From contig JAVHQC010000022.1 in the NCBI GenBank assembly GCA_036170915.1, forward strand, positions 351,420 through 415,419: a stretch of DNA of 64,000 nt, in the 5' to 3' direction. Positions 1 to 9,555 of this stretch are shown here, in pieces. A program made the translations under genes and the position numbers. The notes below the pieces were generated by a model. The model had not been told where the DNA came from. It made no database searches and worked only from the letters and a program-made list of their open reading frames with translations. Position 1 is the first letter of the stretch. Each line of letters opens with the position of its first letter. The DNA is from Cyanobacteria bacterium auto_48_18 (GTDB lineage: Bacteria; Cyanobacteriota; Vampirovibrionia; Obscuribacterales; Obscuribacteraceae).

Positions 1-1132
1 TTTCGCGCTCATGGGCTTCTTTTAGAGCTTTTTCCATGGCGGCCCGCTTCAGCGCTTCTGGATCTTTAGCACCAGATTTGGGGCCGAGGCCAGCCTGGCC
101 TCGTTTGCCATCTTTGCCGCCGCTGATGCCACCAGAGTGACCAGTGCCGTCTCCTGGCCGTGAGTCAAGTTTTTCTTTGTCTGGCCGGGCACCGCTGGCG
201 GTGCCATCTTCGCCGCCGCCTTTAACTGTATAACTGGCACCACCTTGTGCTTTCGAGTCAGGTGCGCCGCCTCTTATAGATTGGCTGTGGCCGCCTTTTC
301 CCAGCTGGCCGCTTAAATTGGCCGATACAGGAAAACGCGCTCTGACAAAATTGTCTTTGAAAATATCGATGACCGAATCAATGCGCGGCATGCTGTTAAA
401 AGCTAAGACACTGAGAAATGGTAATGCGAAAACCGGAATTAGCGCCGCCATAGAGGCCACGCGCAAGCGCTTTACCACTTGTTCTACATTGGTTACGGCA
501 CCTAGGCCACCTGGAGCCCCTGGGCCAGCGGCGGCAGCAGCGGCCACTGCGCGCGACGGGCCAATTTCGTGAGAGCGCGAAGACGAATCATAAAAGAGAA
601 GCAAACCGGCGAGAATGGTGTAGGTAAAAATGTAAAATCCGTAGACCAGATCTTTGGCCATGCCGGCAAGGCAAGTAAGCAAACCAAGGCCAATTAAGGC
701 TGAGATGGAAAAGTCGGTGCGGCTGCGTAAGTCGAAGCAATGCAGGGCGAGCAAACCGGTGAGCATATGAATAAAGGCTCCCACAGCGGTTTGCGTGGCG
801 CTCGAGTAACCTGTGAAGAGTTCAAAAAAGAAATTGGTAAAGAGCACCATGGTGGCAACAGTAGGAATGGTGCCAACCCAGGCCGGGCGATTGTCTCTAT
901 AAATGTACGCCAGATAACTGCCCAGAATTGCAGTCATAGAAAAGAGAAAAGTAGTCAGCGGTAAAGTCGGAACGTAGCTGGCTGAAGCAAGTATCAGTAA
1001 AAGATTCATGATCATGGCCACGATTCTGATACCGAGCGATTGTTCTGCCCGCACTTCTTTTTTCTTTTTTGCCGTCGCAGCTTTAGCAGCTTTAGGAGGT
1101 TTAGCAGCTGGTTTTTTCTTCAGGGTGTTCAC
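1..1132 (-). CDS. DUF3488/TgpA-type transglutaminase-like membrane protein, N-terminal part (runs off window start; absent from ORF track)
   Basis: GTG at 1132 overlaps the DUF58 stop (GTGA). The parts I translated are open and give several TM helices with LHCFDLRSRTDFSISALIG and AFNSMPR, then a Gly-rich linker. This is the usual third gene of MoxR-DUF58 operons. Confidence 0.75.
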   Translation of the reverse strand, partial: MNTLKKKPAAKPPKAAKAATAKKKKEVRAEQSLGIRIVAMIMNLLLILASASYVPTLPLTTFLFSMTAILGSYLAYIYRDNRPAWVGTIPTVATMVLFTNFFFELFTGYSSATQTAVGAFIHMLTGLLALHCFDLRSRTDFSISALIGLGLLTCLAGMAKDLVYGFYIFTYTILAGLLLFYDSSSRSHEIGPSRAVAAAAAAGPGAPGGLGAVTNVEQVVKRLRVASMAALIPVFALPFLSVLAFNSMPRIDSVIDIFKDNFVRARFPVSANLSGQLGKGGHSQSIRGGAPDSKAQGGASYTVKGGGEDGTASGARPDKEKLDSRPGDGTGHSGGISGGKDGKRGQAGLGPKSGAKDPEALKRAAMEKALKEAHERE

Positions 1133-2790
1133 AGGTGCGGCATCTCCTCATATTCGGAGAGCGTAGCCAGCACGCGGCCTGGAGGTGCGGAGCTGCCCGG
1201 TACTGCCGGCCCTTGCCGGCGGTCACCTGAACCTAGCGCGTGCAGCGGAATGCGCGCCTTGTTAGATAATGCGTCATCGAGAGCGTCACTTTCATTCAGT
1301 CTGTCAGAGTCTGCTTCAAGATAGGCCCGTGACATAACCCAGACATCAACTTGTTTTGGTGAGGCTGCCGGAGGCGCCATCATCACAGTGCGATCTTGCG
1401 GAACTTCAACGGCTTCATCTCCGTTTTGGTCTCCACCCTGATTTTGATCGGCTACATTGGCCTGATAGGCTTCAAGCGCCTCGGCGCTAACGGCGGCAGG
1501 GCGAATCGTCAACAACGCTAAAGTTTCTGCGTCACCCACTCGAGGCACCTTTACCGAATAATCGGGGCTGTCTACCGTCAATGCATCCACTCTAGCAAGA
1601 ATTTGCGCAGCCCACCCGATACCAGGGGCAAGTGGCGGCAAGTCAGTGAGAATGGACGGCAACTTGTCTAAATCTTCGTCCAGGCTGGGAATGACAAAGA
1701 GCTCAGGCGAGCCACCCAGTTTGTAACCCAGTTGCAAAAGCGAAAGTGCCGTGGACACCGCTAGCTCAAATTGATCTTCGCTCTGCCAGGCAGAAGTTAA
1801 ATCGAGCAATACGTCAAAGCCTGGTAAACCTTCTGATTCAAATTCGCGAATCATTAGCTTGCCTGTGCGAGCGCTGGTGGGCCAGTGAATCAAACGTGGG
1901 CTGTCGCCCTGGCGAAACTCACGCAGTGAGCGCACTGAGGATGAAGAAAGAGCGGCAATGGGCCTTGATGAAGAGAAAAACAAAGCGGAGTCGCCCACAG
2001 CCCTTAGTCGAAATAGAAAATTTCCTTCAACACTATCGGTGCGAGGAAAAACAATCATTTGCGGCGCACTGCCTGTGGTGCGTGCTGCATCCGCTGCCTG
2101 AATACTCGTGTAAGTGGCGGTCTGACTGTGTCTTTCTTCAGTGAAGCGAGTTGTGAGCGGGTAACTTTTAACCCACCAGGCCAGGCCAAATGGATAGCAG
2201 GAGTAAATTTCAATTGATTGCAGGCTGTAAATTCCCCGCCGCAATTTAGGCGTTTGTGCCACTACCCAGGCTTCTTTTGTTAGCTGTTCCACCATAATCG
2301 AGCGCAGCATATTTTCTTTTTCGCCCTGGCGCGTCAATTTAATTTTCACCAGCAGCCATTTGATCGGAAAGAGCTTGGCTAAAGGGCCCCACCAATTTTT
2401 GCGCACCACTTTAACCCGCAAATTAAGCCGTTCTTTCGAAACTGCTTCTTTGGGCAAATTGAACTGCACATTGGTTTCTAAAACTTGCATGAGCGGAATG
2501 AAGACGCCCAGAGCCAGCGCTGAAACCGCAATTGCTGTAAGCAAATAAATATACTCGCTGCCGGTTTCACCAGCGAAAATATACAGCACTGCAATTATTG
2601 TGACCATCACAAAAAATCGCTCTTCCACCACCAGCTTTAAGTGCGTGCTGGTGAAGGGGATAGTCAGTCTGATTCCTTTCAGGCCACTTTCTTCTTCTAC
2701 AGCCCTGGCGCGTTTTTCTGCCTCGGGGCCGGTAGCGAACCTAAACCGGAACGGGGACTTCTTCGAGGATTCTTTCAATAAGTTGAGCAT
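1129..2790 (-). CDS. DUF58 domain protein
   Basis: Motifs RRGIY, YPFGL, LREFRQGDSPRLIHWPTSARTGKLMIREFE and FELAVS; directly downstream of MoxR; start uncertain. Confidence 0.9.
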   Translation of the reverse strand: MLNLLKESSKKSPFRFRFATGPEAEKRARAVEEESGLKGIRLTIPFTSTHLKLVVEERFFVMVTIIAVLYIFAGETGSEYIYLLTAIAVSALALGVFIPLMQVLETNVQFNLPKEAVSKERLNLRVKVVRKNWWGPLAKLFPIKWLLVKIKLTRQGEKENMLRSIMVEQLTKEAWVVAQTPKLRRGIYSLQSIEIYSCYPFGLAWWVKSYPLTTRFTEERHSQTATYTSIQAADAARTTGSAPQMIVFPRTDSVEGNFLFRLRAVGDSALFFSSSRPIAALSSSSVRSLREFRQGDSPRLIHWPTSARTGKLMIREFESEGLPGFDVLLDLTSAWQSEDQFELAVSTALSLLQLGYKLGGSPELFVIPSLDEDLDKLPSILTDLPPLAPGIGWAAQILARVDALTVDSPDYSVKVPRVGDAETLALLTIRPAAVSAEALEAYQANVADQNQGGDQNGDEAVEVPQDRTVMMAPPAASPKQVDVWVMSRAYLEADSDRLNESDALDDALSNKARIPLHALGSGDRRQGPAVPGSSAPPGRVLATLSEYEEMPHL

Positions 2791-3724
2791 GACTAACCCG
2801 GTTGTCTCTTACCTTGGGAATGATTCTGTGTCCCAACACATATGGCGCCAGAAGTTTTACGTCGTCAGGCTTGACGTAATGGCGACCATCAACAAGTGCG
2901 GCCGACTGTGCCGCCCGCATCAACAACTGGCTGCCCCGGGGGCTGACCCCGAGCACAATTGATGGATGTTTGCGAGTGGCGCCCACAATAGAGACTATGT
3001 AATTTTTGATTGATTGATCAACCACGATTGTTTTGACTACATGCTTTGCTTCCAGCACTTCATCTTCCGTCAAAACCGCTTCCACTGTGAAAGATGCTTC
3101 GTTAAGGGTCTTATCGAGAATTTCAACTTCTTGCCTGGGAGTTGGATAACCAAGCGATAGCGAAATCATAAATCGGTCTAACTGGGCTTCAGGCAGTGGA
3201 AACGTACCGTGATATTCAATTGGGTTTTCTGTGGCGATGACGAAAAACAGGTCGGGCAATCTGCGCGTGGCACCATCTGTGGTGACCTGGTTTTCTTCCA
3301 TCGCTTCCAGCAAACTTGACTGTGTTCGCGGAGTGGCGCGGTTAATTTCATCGGCGAGCAGAATGTTTGTGAAAATCGGCCCGGGCATGAATTTGAAAAC
3401 GCCCTCTTTAGCCTCGAAAATGCTCACGCCGCTTATGTCTGAAGGTAGAAGGTCGGGAGTACACTGAATACGCTTGAACTTGGCATGCACCGAAAGCGCC
3501 AGTGTTTTAGCCAGCAAGGTTTTGCCCACGCCGGGTACGTCTTCAATCAGTGCGTGGCCGCCGGCCAGCAGAGTGACTACTGAAAGCTTGGTGGCATGTT
3601 CTTGCCCCACCAGCACACTGTTAATGTTGTCGAGTAATAGTTTTACTTTGGGTGCCAGGGCCTGAACCATAAAGGCTGGACTACTCGATTCTTTAATCTG
3701 AACGTCTTCGAAGTCGGACCTCAA
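2741..3724 (-). CDS. MoxR family AAA+ ATPase
   Basis: Walker A DVPGVGKT, RIQCTPDLLPSD, Walker B LADEINRATPRTQSSLLEAMEE, LPEAQLDRF, SPRG. Confidence 0.97.
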   Translation of the reverse strand: MRSDFEDVQIKESSSPAFMVQALAPKVKLLLDNINSVLVGQEHATKLSVVTLLAGGHALIEDVPGVGKTLLAKTLALSVHAKFKRIQCTPDLLPSDISGVSIFEAKEGVFKFMPGPIFTNILLADEINRATPRTQSSLLEAMEENQVTTDGATRRLPDLFFVIATENPIEYHGTFPLPEAQLDRFMISLSLGYPTPRQEVEILDKTLNEASFTVEAVLTEDEVLEAKHVVKTIVVDQSIKNYIVSIVGATRKHPSIVLGVSPRGSQLLMRAAQSAALVDGRHYVKPDDVKLLAPYVLGHRIIPKVRDNRVSHAQLIERILEEVPVPV

Positions 3725-3868
3725 TGTGCATATCCTCTATTAGTGTTCATCCATTCTAATGGTAATGGGGTCAATCGTAACCACTTACCGGCTGATTGGC
3801 GTTGCCAATATTTCGCCTATCTCTTGACGTGTTAGACTTAAAAGCCGCATGAACAGAGGAACTTCGCT

Positions 3869-4816
3869 ATGGCACTCACTTTCCAACAGGTCATCCATAC
3901 TCTCAATAGTTTTTGGGACAGTCATGGCTGCGTTGTAATGCAGGCTTTTGACCTGGAGAAGGGCGCGTCGACCATGAGCCCCGGCACCTTCTTGCGCGTG
4001 CTTGGCCCTGAACCATGGAAGATGGCTTGTGCCGACCCTTGCCGCCGTCCCACTGATGGCCGCTATGGCGACAATCCCAACCGCCTGCAGCATTATTTTC
4101 AATATCAGGTAATCCTTAAACCCTCTCCTGACAATGTTCAAGAGATTTATCTGGAAAGCTTGAAGCAGCTTGGTATTAATCCGCTCGAGCATGACATCCG
4201 CTTTGTGGAAGATAACTGGGAATCGCCCACGCTCGGTGCCTGGGGTGTTGGCTGGGAAGTCTGGTTGGACGGCCTGGAAATTTCGCAGTTCACTTATTTT
4301 CAGCAGGCTGGTGGCCTGGAAGTGCGGCCGGTTGCCGCTGAAATTACATATGGCCTCGAGCGCCTTTCTATGTATCTGCAAAATGTGGACAGTGTTTATC
4401 AGCTTAAGTGGAATGACCATGTCACTTATGGCGAGCTTTATCACTTAAACGAAGTGCAGCAGTCTGGCTACAATTTTGAGCAAAGCGATCCTGAAATGCT
4501 GCAAACGCTCTTCAATCTGGCTGAGAAAGAGGCACTGCGCCTGCTCGATAATTCGGCAAAAGGTAAACTCAAGCTTGTGTTGCCTGCTTACGAGCAAATT
4601 CTCAAATGTTCGCACGCCTTTAATCTGCTCGATGCGCGCGGAGTGCTCGGGCGTGACGAACGCATGGCCAATATTTTGCGCATTCGCAAACTGTCTGAAC
4701 GAGTGGCGCGTGGTTACCTCGAGCAGAGAATTGAACTCGGATTTCCGCTCATGGCGGAAGAATTACGAGAAGATGCGGTCAATAGCTATAGAGAGCGCTA
4801 TCTCGCGGTTAAGTAG
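3869..4816 (+). CDS. glyQ: glycine--tRNA ligase alpha subunit
   Basis: [64 protein letters not shown]. Confidence 0.99.
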   Translation: MALTFQQVIHTLNSFWDSHGCVVMQAFDLEKGASTMSPGTFLRVLGPEPWKMACADPCRRPTDGRYGDNPNRLQHYFQYQVILKPSPDNVQEIYLESLKQLGINPLEHDIRFVEDNWESPTLGAWGVGWEVWLDGLEISQFTYFQQAGGLEVRPVAAEITYGLERLSMYLQNVDSVYQLKWNDHVTYGELYHLNEVQQSGYNFEQSDPEMLQTLFNLAEKEALRLLDNSAKGKLKLVLPAYEQILKCSHAFNLLDARGVLGRDERMANILRIRKLSERVARGYLEQRIELGFPLMAEELREDAVNSYRERYLAVK

Positions 4817-4862
4817 ATATGGCCGTCTAGCCGGGTGAATGTCGCCTGGATATATCATAAAC

Positions 4863-4885
4863 GCGCTTTGCAAGCGGCAAAGCGC
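4863..4885 (+). terminator. hairpin downstream of glyQ, possible terminator
   Basis: GCGCTTTGC-aagcg-GCAAAGCGC 9-bp stem; weak U-tail. Confidence 0.4.
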
Positions 4886-4992
4886 ATGATCTTATTTGCG
4901 CTGCGGTGAAATTCGTAGTAGAAATGGGTATATGTTAGCTAGGTGTAAGAAATAGGTTTTCTTTTGCTTCTGTTCCTGGGGTACCACTTAAA

Positions 4993-6828
4993 TTGAAGAG
5001 TTCGCTCACTTCCATCCTCTTAGGTCTGGTGGCTTTATCTGGCTCAGTCAGCCTGGCTATGCCACAAGCTCAGGCACAACGCGAAGTGGTGGCAATGGGA
5101 GTGCCGCGCCTGGGAGCAACCAGGCTAGGCTCTGTAGCCCCGACCAACCTTTACCATGGTTCAAAAAATCGCTCCAAGAATAGTGCCAAATTTAGTACAA
5201 GAAGCAGCGACAAGCGTGCTGCCAAAATACAGCGTGGCGCTTACACAAAACTCGAGTGGGTGAAAACTAAAGAAGCTGCTGCTGCGGCGGCCGCTGCTGC
5301 CGCTGCCAAAAAATCGGTTAAAAATATACCGGTGGCAAAGCCAGTTCATGCTGGTGTGCCCTTCGCCGCGTCATCTACGAGAACAATCGGACCAGGTGTC
5401 ATATATAAGGTATACGCAGGCAAAACGCGCATCAATTTGATTGATGTAAATATGTCGGTGTCGCCATTGATGGTGCGCCCTGTGCCTGCCTCTTCAACTT
5501 TTCATGGCTTGAAAGACGTGCACGATCATGTGCGCGATTCGGGTGCTATTGCCGCAATAAACGCCAATTATTTTAAAGGGAATGGCACACCACTAGGCAC
5601 TTTGATGCTTGATGGAGAGTGGCTCTCCGGCCCATTATATAGCCGGGTGGCATTAGGATTTACCGATGGTGGTTATGCTCGTATTGCCAGAGTTGGCTTG
5701 CATGGTATTTTGCACACTTCTATTGCCGGCAACGAATCGCTCTGGATTAACAATGTCAATCAGCCCAGGAGCTCAGGCTCTCACTGCGTGCTTTACACCA
5801 GACGTTGGGGAGAGCGCGTTTCATTACCCTATGACGGCACACTGATTGCAGTTGACGGTAGCGGCGAAGTAATTGATCGTCACCCCAGATCAATCGCCAT
5901 TCCTTATGGCGGCTTCGTTCTGGCTGATTCTAAAAAGAGTGCGGTAGCAGTTCTCAGTCGCGGAGACAAGGTCAATGTCACCTGGAGTATTACTCCCAAA
6001 GAGTGGCACGATGTTACTCAGGCCGTAAGCGGCGGCCCGCTTTTACTGAAAAACGGCAAGATTGCTTTTGATTTAAAGGGCGAGAAGTTTCCAGCCAGTT
6101 GGACCGGCAGCAAAATCACTCGCCGCACGGCTTGCGGCATTACCAACGACGACCATTTACTGATGGCCACTTTCGAAGGGCCGCACACACTCTATGATGT
6201 GGCTAAATTTTTCCAGAGAAATAACTGCAGTGAAGCTCTCAACCTCGATGGCGGCGGTTCAACAACCATGGTTGTGAACGGCACCACAGTGACTCGCAAC
6301 GCCACCGATTCACAAAGACGTGTAGCTGTTGCGCTTGGTTTATTCTCTGAAGAAAAAGCAAAAAACATGGCCGCCAATTCGCAGTTTAGCGGCTATCGCC
6401 CTCATGATGATATCTCGTCTTTAATTCAACCGAACCGCGTGGCCAGTCAATCTGTGCAAGAAGCGGGGGCGCAATTGTCTGAGCTTACACCGGTCGCAAC
6501 AAAGAATCTTCCTGAAGTTGCTGTGAGCGCCATCAGCGAAAAGGTAGCTAACGCTCCTTATGTAGCTCCTGTTGAAGTTGATGCTCAAGTGAGCGATTCT
6601 TCCAACCATTCGGGCGCTGGTTCTAGCAGCAATTCGTTCACCGTCGGTCAGGTTGAAGCACCGGTAGCAGGGGCTGAGAACGCTGCCATCAAGTCGGTGG
6701 TTAAGTCTTCCGCTCCTTCAATTAATAAAGAATCTGCCTCCGTGAAAGCGAAAACAGACGAGCCTAAATCTGGTAAATTGAAGCCTGATTTCGGCAAGCG
6801 TCTTATCAAGGGGCTGTTCGGCCGCTAA
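4993..6828 (+). CDS. secreted phosphodiester glycosidase (NAGPA-like) family protein
   Basis: Signal peptide; AAINANYF, AVSGGPLLLKNG, RTACG, ALNLDGGGSTTM; low-complexity termini. Confidence 0.88.
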   Translation: MKSSLTSILLGLVALSGSVSLAMPQAQAQREVVAMGVPRLGATRLGSVAPTNLYHGSKNRSKNSAKFSTRSSDKRAAKIQRGAYTKLEWVKTKEAAAAAAAAAAAKKSVKNIPVAKPVHAGVPFAASSTRTIGPGVIYKVYAGKTRINLIDVNMSVSPLMVRPVPASSTFHGLKDVHDHVRDSGAIAAINANYFKGNGTPLGTLMLDGEWLSGPLYSRVALGFTDGGYARIARVGLHGILHTSIAGNESLWINNVNQPRSSGSHCVLYTRRWGERVSLPYDGTLIAVDGSGEVIDRHPRSIAIPYGGFVLADSKKSAVAVLSRGDKVNVTWSITPKEWHDVTQAVSGGPLLLKNGKIAFDLKGEKFPASWTGSKITRRTACGITNDDHLLMATFEGPHTLYDVAKFFQRNNCSEALNLDGGGSTTMVVNGTTVTRNATDSQRRVAVALGLFSEEKAKNMAANSQFSGYRPHDDISSLIQPNRVASQSVQEAGAQLSELTPVATKNLPEVAVSAISEKVANAPYVAPVEVDAQVSDSSNHSGAGSSSNSFTVGQVEAPVAGAENAAIKSVVKSSAPSINKESASVKAKTDEPKSGKLKPDFGKRLIKGLFGR

Positions 6829-6860
6829 ATTAATAACAGACTCGCTGCTGTGAGGAATTT

Positions 6861-7817
6861 GTGGCTGAAAAATTTGCGGTCGGTGTAGACCTTGGTGGCA
6901 CCAAAATCATGGCCGGAGTGGTTAATTTGGCCACGGGTCGCCTGATGGCCTCGGCTAAGAAAAAAACGCGTGTAATAGCTGATGGGCAAGACCTGGTCAA
7001 GCGCATTGCTACAGTTGTAGACGAAGCTATTCGCGACGCCGGCATTGAAACTAAAAAACTGGCTGGTATCGGTATTGGTGCCGCCGGTATGGTTGATAGA
7101 GAAAAAGGCATACTGCTGGCGGCCGCTAACATTGGTGCAAATGATGTTAATATCGCCGAGCCTTTACGCGATCAGTTCGGAATGAACGTCAAATTGGGCA
7201 ACGATGTCGAAGTTGCCACCATCGGTGAGCTGGCTTTTGGTGCCGGGCGCGAGTGCGATAACTTTATTTGTTTATTTGTCGGTACAGGCATTGGCTCTGG
7301 AATTGTCTATCACGGCGAAATTTTGCGCGGCTTTACCGGTACGGCTGGTGAAGTTGGACACATAGTGGTAGTGGCCGATGGCCGTGATTGCGGTTGCGGT
7401 AATTTTGGTTGCCTTGAAACTTACGCCTCACGCACAGCCATTGCTAGAAATTGCATGTACGACATCAATCGCGGATTTGATTCAGTACTGCGCGATAAAG
7501 TTGACCCCACTAAGGGCGGTTTACGCTCTAAAGCAATTGCACAAGCAATTGAAATGGGTGACCTTGTCGCAACAAGAGCGGTTGACCATGCGGCTTGCAT
7601 GATGGGTATCGGCCTCGCTACTCTCGTAAATTTCTACAATCCGCAGCGCATTATTTTGGGTGGAGGCTTGATCGAAGCAGTGCCTGTTTATTTCGACAAG
7701 GCAGAAGCTGAAGCAAGGCGTCGGTCTTTGCGTATTCCATCGCACAAAACCGAGTTTGTTCGTGCTGAGCTTGGTGATTATGCCGGTACAATTGGGGCTG
7801 CGCTGCTGATTCGGTGA
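6861..7817 (+). CDS. ROK family sugar kinase (glucokinase-like)
   Basis: GVDLGGTK, GNDV, GTGIGSG, GEVGH, CGCGNFGCLE zinc motif, LGGG. Confidence 0.95.
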   Translation: MAEKFAVGVDLGGTKIMAGVVNLATGRLMASAKKKTRVIADGQDLVKRIATVVDEAIRDAGIETKKLAGIGIGAAGMVDREKGILLAAANIGANDVNIAEPLRDQFGMNVKLGNDVEVATIGELAFGAGRECDNFICLFVGTGIGSGIVYHGEILRGFTGTAGEVGHIVVVADGRDCGCGNFGCLETYASRTAIARNCMYDINRGFDSVLRDKVDPTKGGLRSKAIAQAIEMGDLVATRAVDHAACMMGIGLATLVNFYNPQRIILGGGLIEAVPVYFDKAEAEARRRSLRIPSHKTEFVRAELGDYAGTIGAALLIR

Positions 7818-7832
7818 TTTGAAAGTGACTGA

Positions 7833-9455
7833 ATGTCTAAAATCACACTGCAACATTTGATTGATTTTTATTTGCGCATCGATTTGCGTTCACTGGCCCT
7901 CTTTCGCATTCTTGCCGCACTGCTGTTAATTCACGATTGGTGGGTGCGCCTGCCTGATTTAGGTGCTTTCTACACTGCGTCGGGAGTTCTGCCGGTAGAT
8001 GCTCTACCAAAAGCCGGCGGCATTTATCATTTTTCTTTGCTTGATAATTGCCAGACTTTGACCTCGGTGCAAATTGCTTTTGCGATTGGTTTATTTTTCT
8101 ATCTGCTGCTTCTGGTTGGCTATCAAACTCGTATTGCCAAATTTGCTAGTTTTGTTTTTTTTGCCAGTGTGTTGAGCCGCTCACTGGTACTGCACGCCAG
8201 CAGCCATCTGGTTTTGATAGTGATGTTAATGTGGTCTCTTTTTTTACCACTGGGCAGGCGCTTTTCGCTCGATCAGTATTTTGCTGAGCGTCGTCGCAAA
8301 AAAAATACAGATGCTCAAGACGTGTCTACCGGTTTTTTGACTTCTTCGCTCTGCGACCCAAGTCTGGCCGCTCTAGCTATGGTCGGCCAAATTGCCGCCA
8401 TTTATTTGTTCACCGCAATCGTCAAGTATGGAACGGCCTGGCAAGACCTCACCGCTCTTTATTATGCCCTGCAAATTGATCAGATGGTTACACCGCTTGG
8501 GCGCTGGTTATCCACCGCTCCGTTGTGGTCAATCAAGCTGGCCACGGCGTCGACACTGGCTCTTGAATGGATGAGCGCCTTTTTGATTTTCTCTTTCTGG
8601 TGGCAACCTTACCTGCGCCGCGTAGCGATTGGGTCTCTTGTTGTTCTGCATGTGGGCATCTGGTTGACTATCAATGTTGGTGATTTTTCACCGATTATGA
8701 TTTCAACTTACGCGCTTTTGCTATTGCCACAAGACTGGCTCTGGCTCTCTAAATTTTTTCCAGCACTGGGTGTGTTACCGGCGCAAGAAGAAATTATTGA
8801 GGTTAAGAAGTCATTTGTTCAGACACTACTATTGGTGCTAACTAATGCAGCGGTGGTTTTGATTGCGGCAGCAATTTTGCTCGACGCGTACAATATCAAT
8901 GTAGCAGGCAGGCTGAAACAGCCGAAACTCGTGGCGCCACCACTGTTAAAAGCGATTTCTAAAGCAGCGTTTCTTAAGCAAGACTGGCATCTTTTTGCTC
9001 CTGATGTTTTGCGTGACGACGGTTGGATGGTTGTGGATGGTATCACTGCTGCCGGTGAACACATTGATCCATTGACTGGTAAAGAGCCGACTTTAGCCAA
9101 GCCTGTTGATTTGCAAAGTCGTATTCCTTCCATTCTCTGGCGCAAATACTTCTATCGTTTGCAAAAGCCGGTGTTTATTGCCTATCGGCCATATTTATGT
9201 CGCTACCTGATAGAGCAGAGTCGCCTTAAATACAGAGAAAGTCCGCAAGATCAGATAGTCGCACTGAGTTTGATTTACTGCCGCGAAGTAACGCAGGCTC
9301 CAGGTGTCGAACAGCCTTTTGCCGTGGTGCCGGTGGTACTCTGGCAGGCAAGTTTTAATGACCCTGACAGTCTTGTTTATGATGGGAAAACCAGGCGGCA
9401 ATCAGCTAAAGATTCACGGCCTGAAATTGTGGATGACCAGGTAAACAGTGATTAG
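7833..9455 (+). CDS. HTTM domain membrane protein
   Basis: DLRSLALFRI, LLLVGYQTR, LPLGRRFSLD, Q..AIYLFTAIVK, LHVGI, QDWHLFAPD. Confidence 0.85.
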   Translation: MSKITLQHLIDFYLRIDLRSLALFRILAALLLIHDWWVRLPDLGAFYTASGVLPVDALPKAGGIYHFSLLDNCQTLTSVQIAFAIGLFFYLLLLVGYQTRIAKFASFVFFASVLSRSLVLHASSHLVLIVMLMWSLFLPLGRRFSLDQYFAERRRKKNTDAQDVSTGFLTSSLCDPSLAALAMVGQIAAIYLFTAIVKYGTAWQDLTALYYALQIDQMVTPLGRWLSTAPLWSIKLATASTLALEWMSAFLIFSFWWQPYLRRVAIGSLVVLHVGIWLTINVGDFSPIMISTYALLLLPQDWLWLSKFFPALGVLPAQEEIIEVKKSFVQTLLLVLTNAAVVLIAAAILLDAYNINVAGRLKQPKLVAPPLLKAISKAAFLKQDWHLFAPDVLRDDGWMVVDGITAAGEHIDPLTGKEPTLAKPVDLQSRIPSILWRKYFYRLQKPVFIAYRPYLCRYLIEQSRLKYRESPQDQIVALSLIYCREVTQAPGVEQPFAVVPVVLWQASFNDPDSLVYDGKTRRQSAKDSRPEIVDDQVNSD

Positions 9456-9510
9456 TGCGGGTTTTGGGCTTTGGCTGGGGTAAAGATTAAACGTGCTGGC
9501 TGCTAGATTC

Positions 9511-9547
9511 AAAAGAGAAAGAGGTGCCGCAGGCAAGCAGCGGCACC
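9511..9547 (-). terminator. intrinsic terminator of the 9556..11265 gene
   Basis: GGTGCCGC/GCGGCACC stem followed on the minus strand by TCTTTCTCTTTT. Confidence 0.7.
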
Positions 9548-9555
9548 CCACCAAT

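Noticed and set aside
3725..3868. T-box upstream of glyQ
   Set aside because: The gap is only about 140 nt, shared with a divergent gene, and has no T-box consensus or terminator
3785..4444. 219-aa antisense ORF over glyQ, and similar shadow ORFs such as 9638..10210, 38952..39467 and 45806..46294
   Set aside because: They lie antisense to well-supported genes and carry no recognisable motifs
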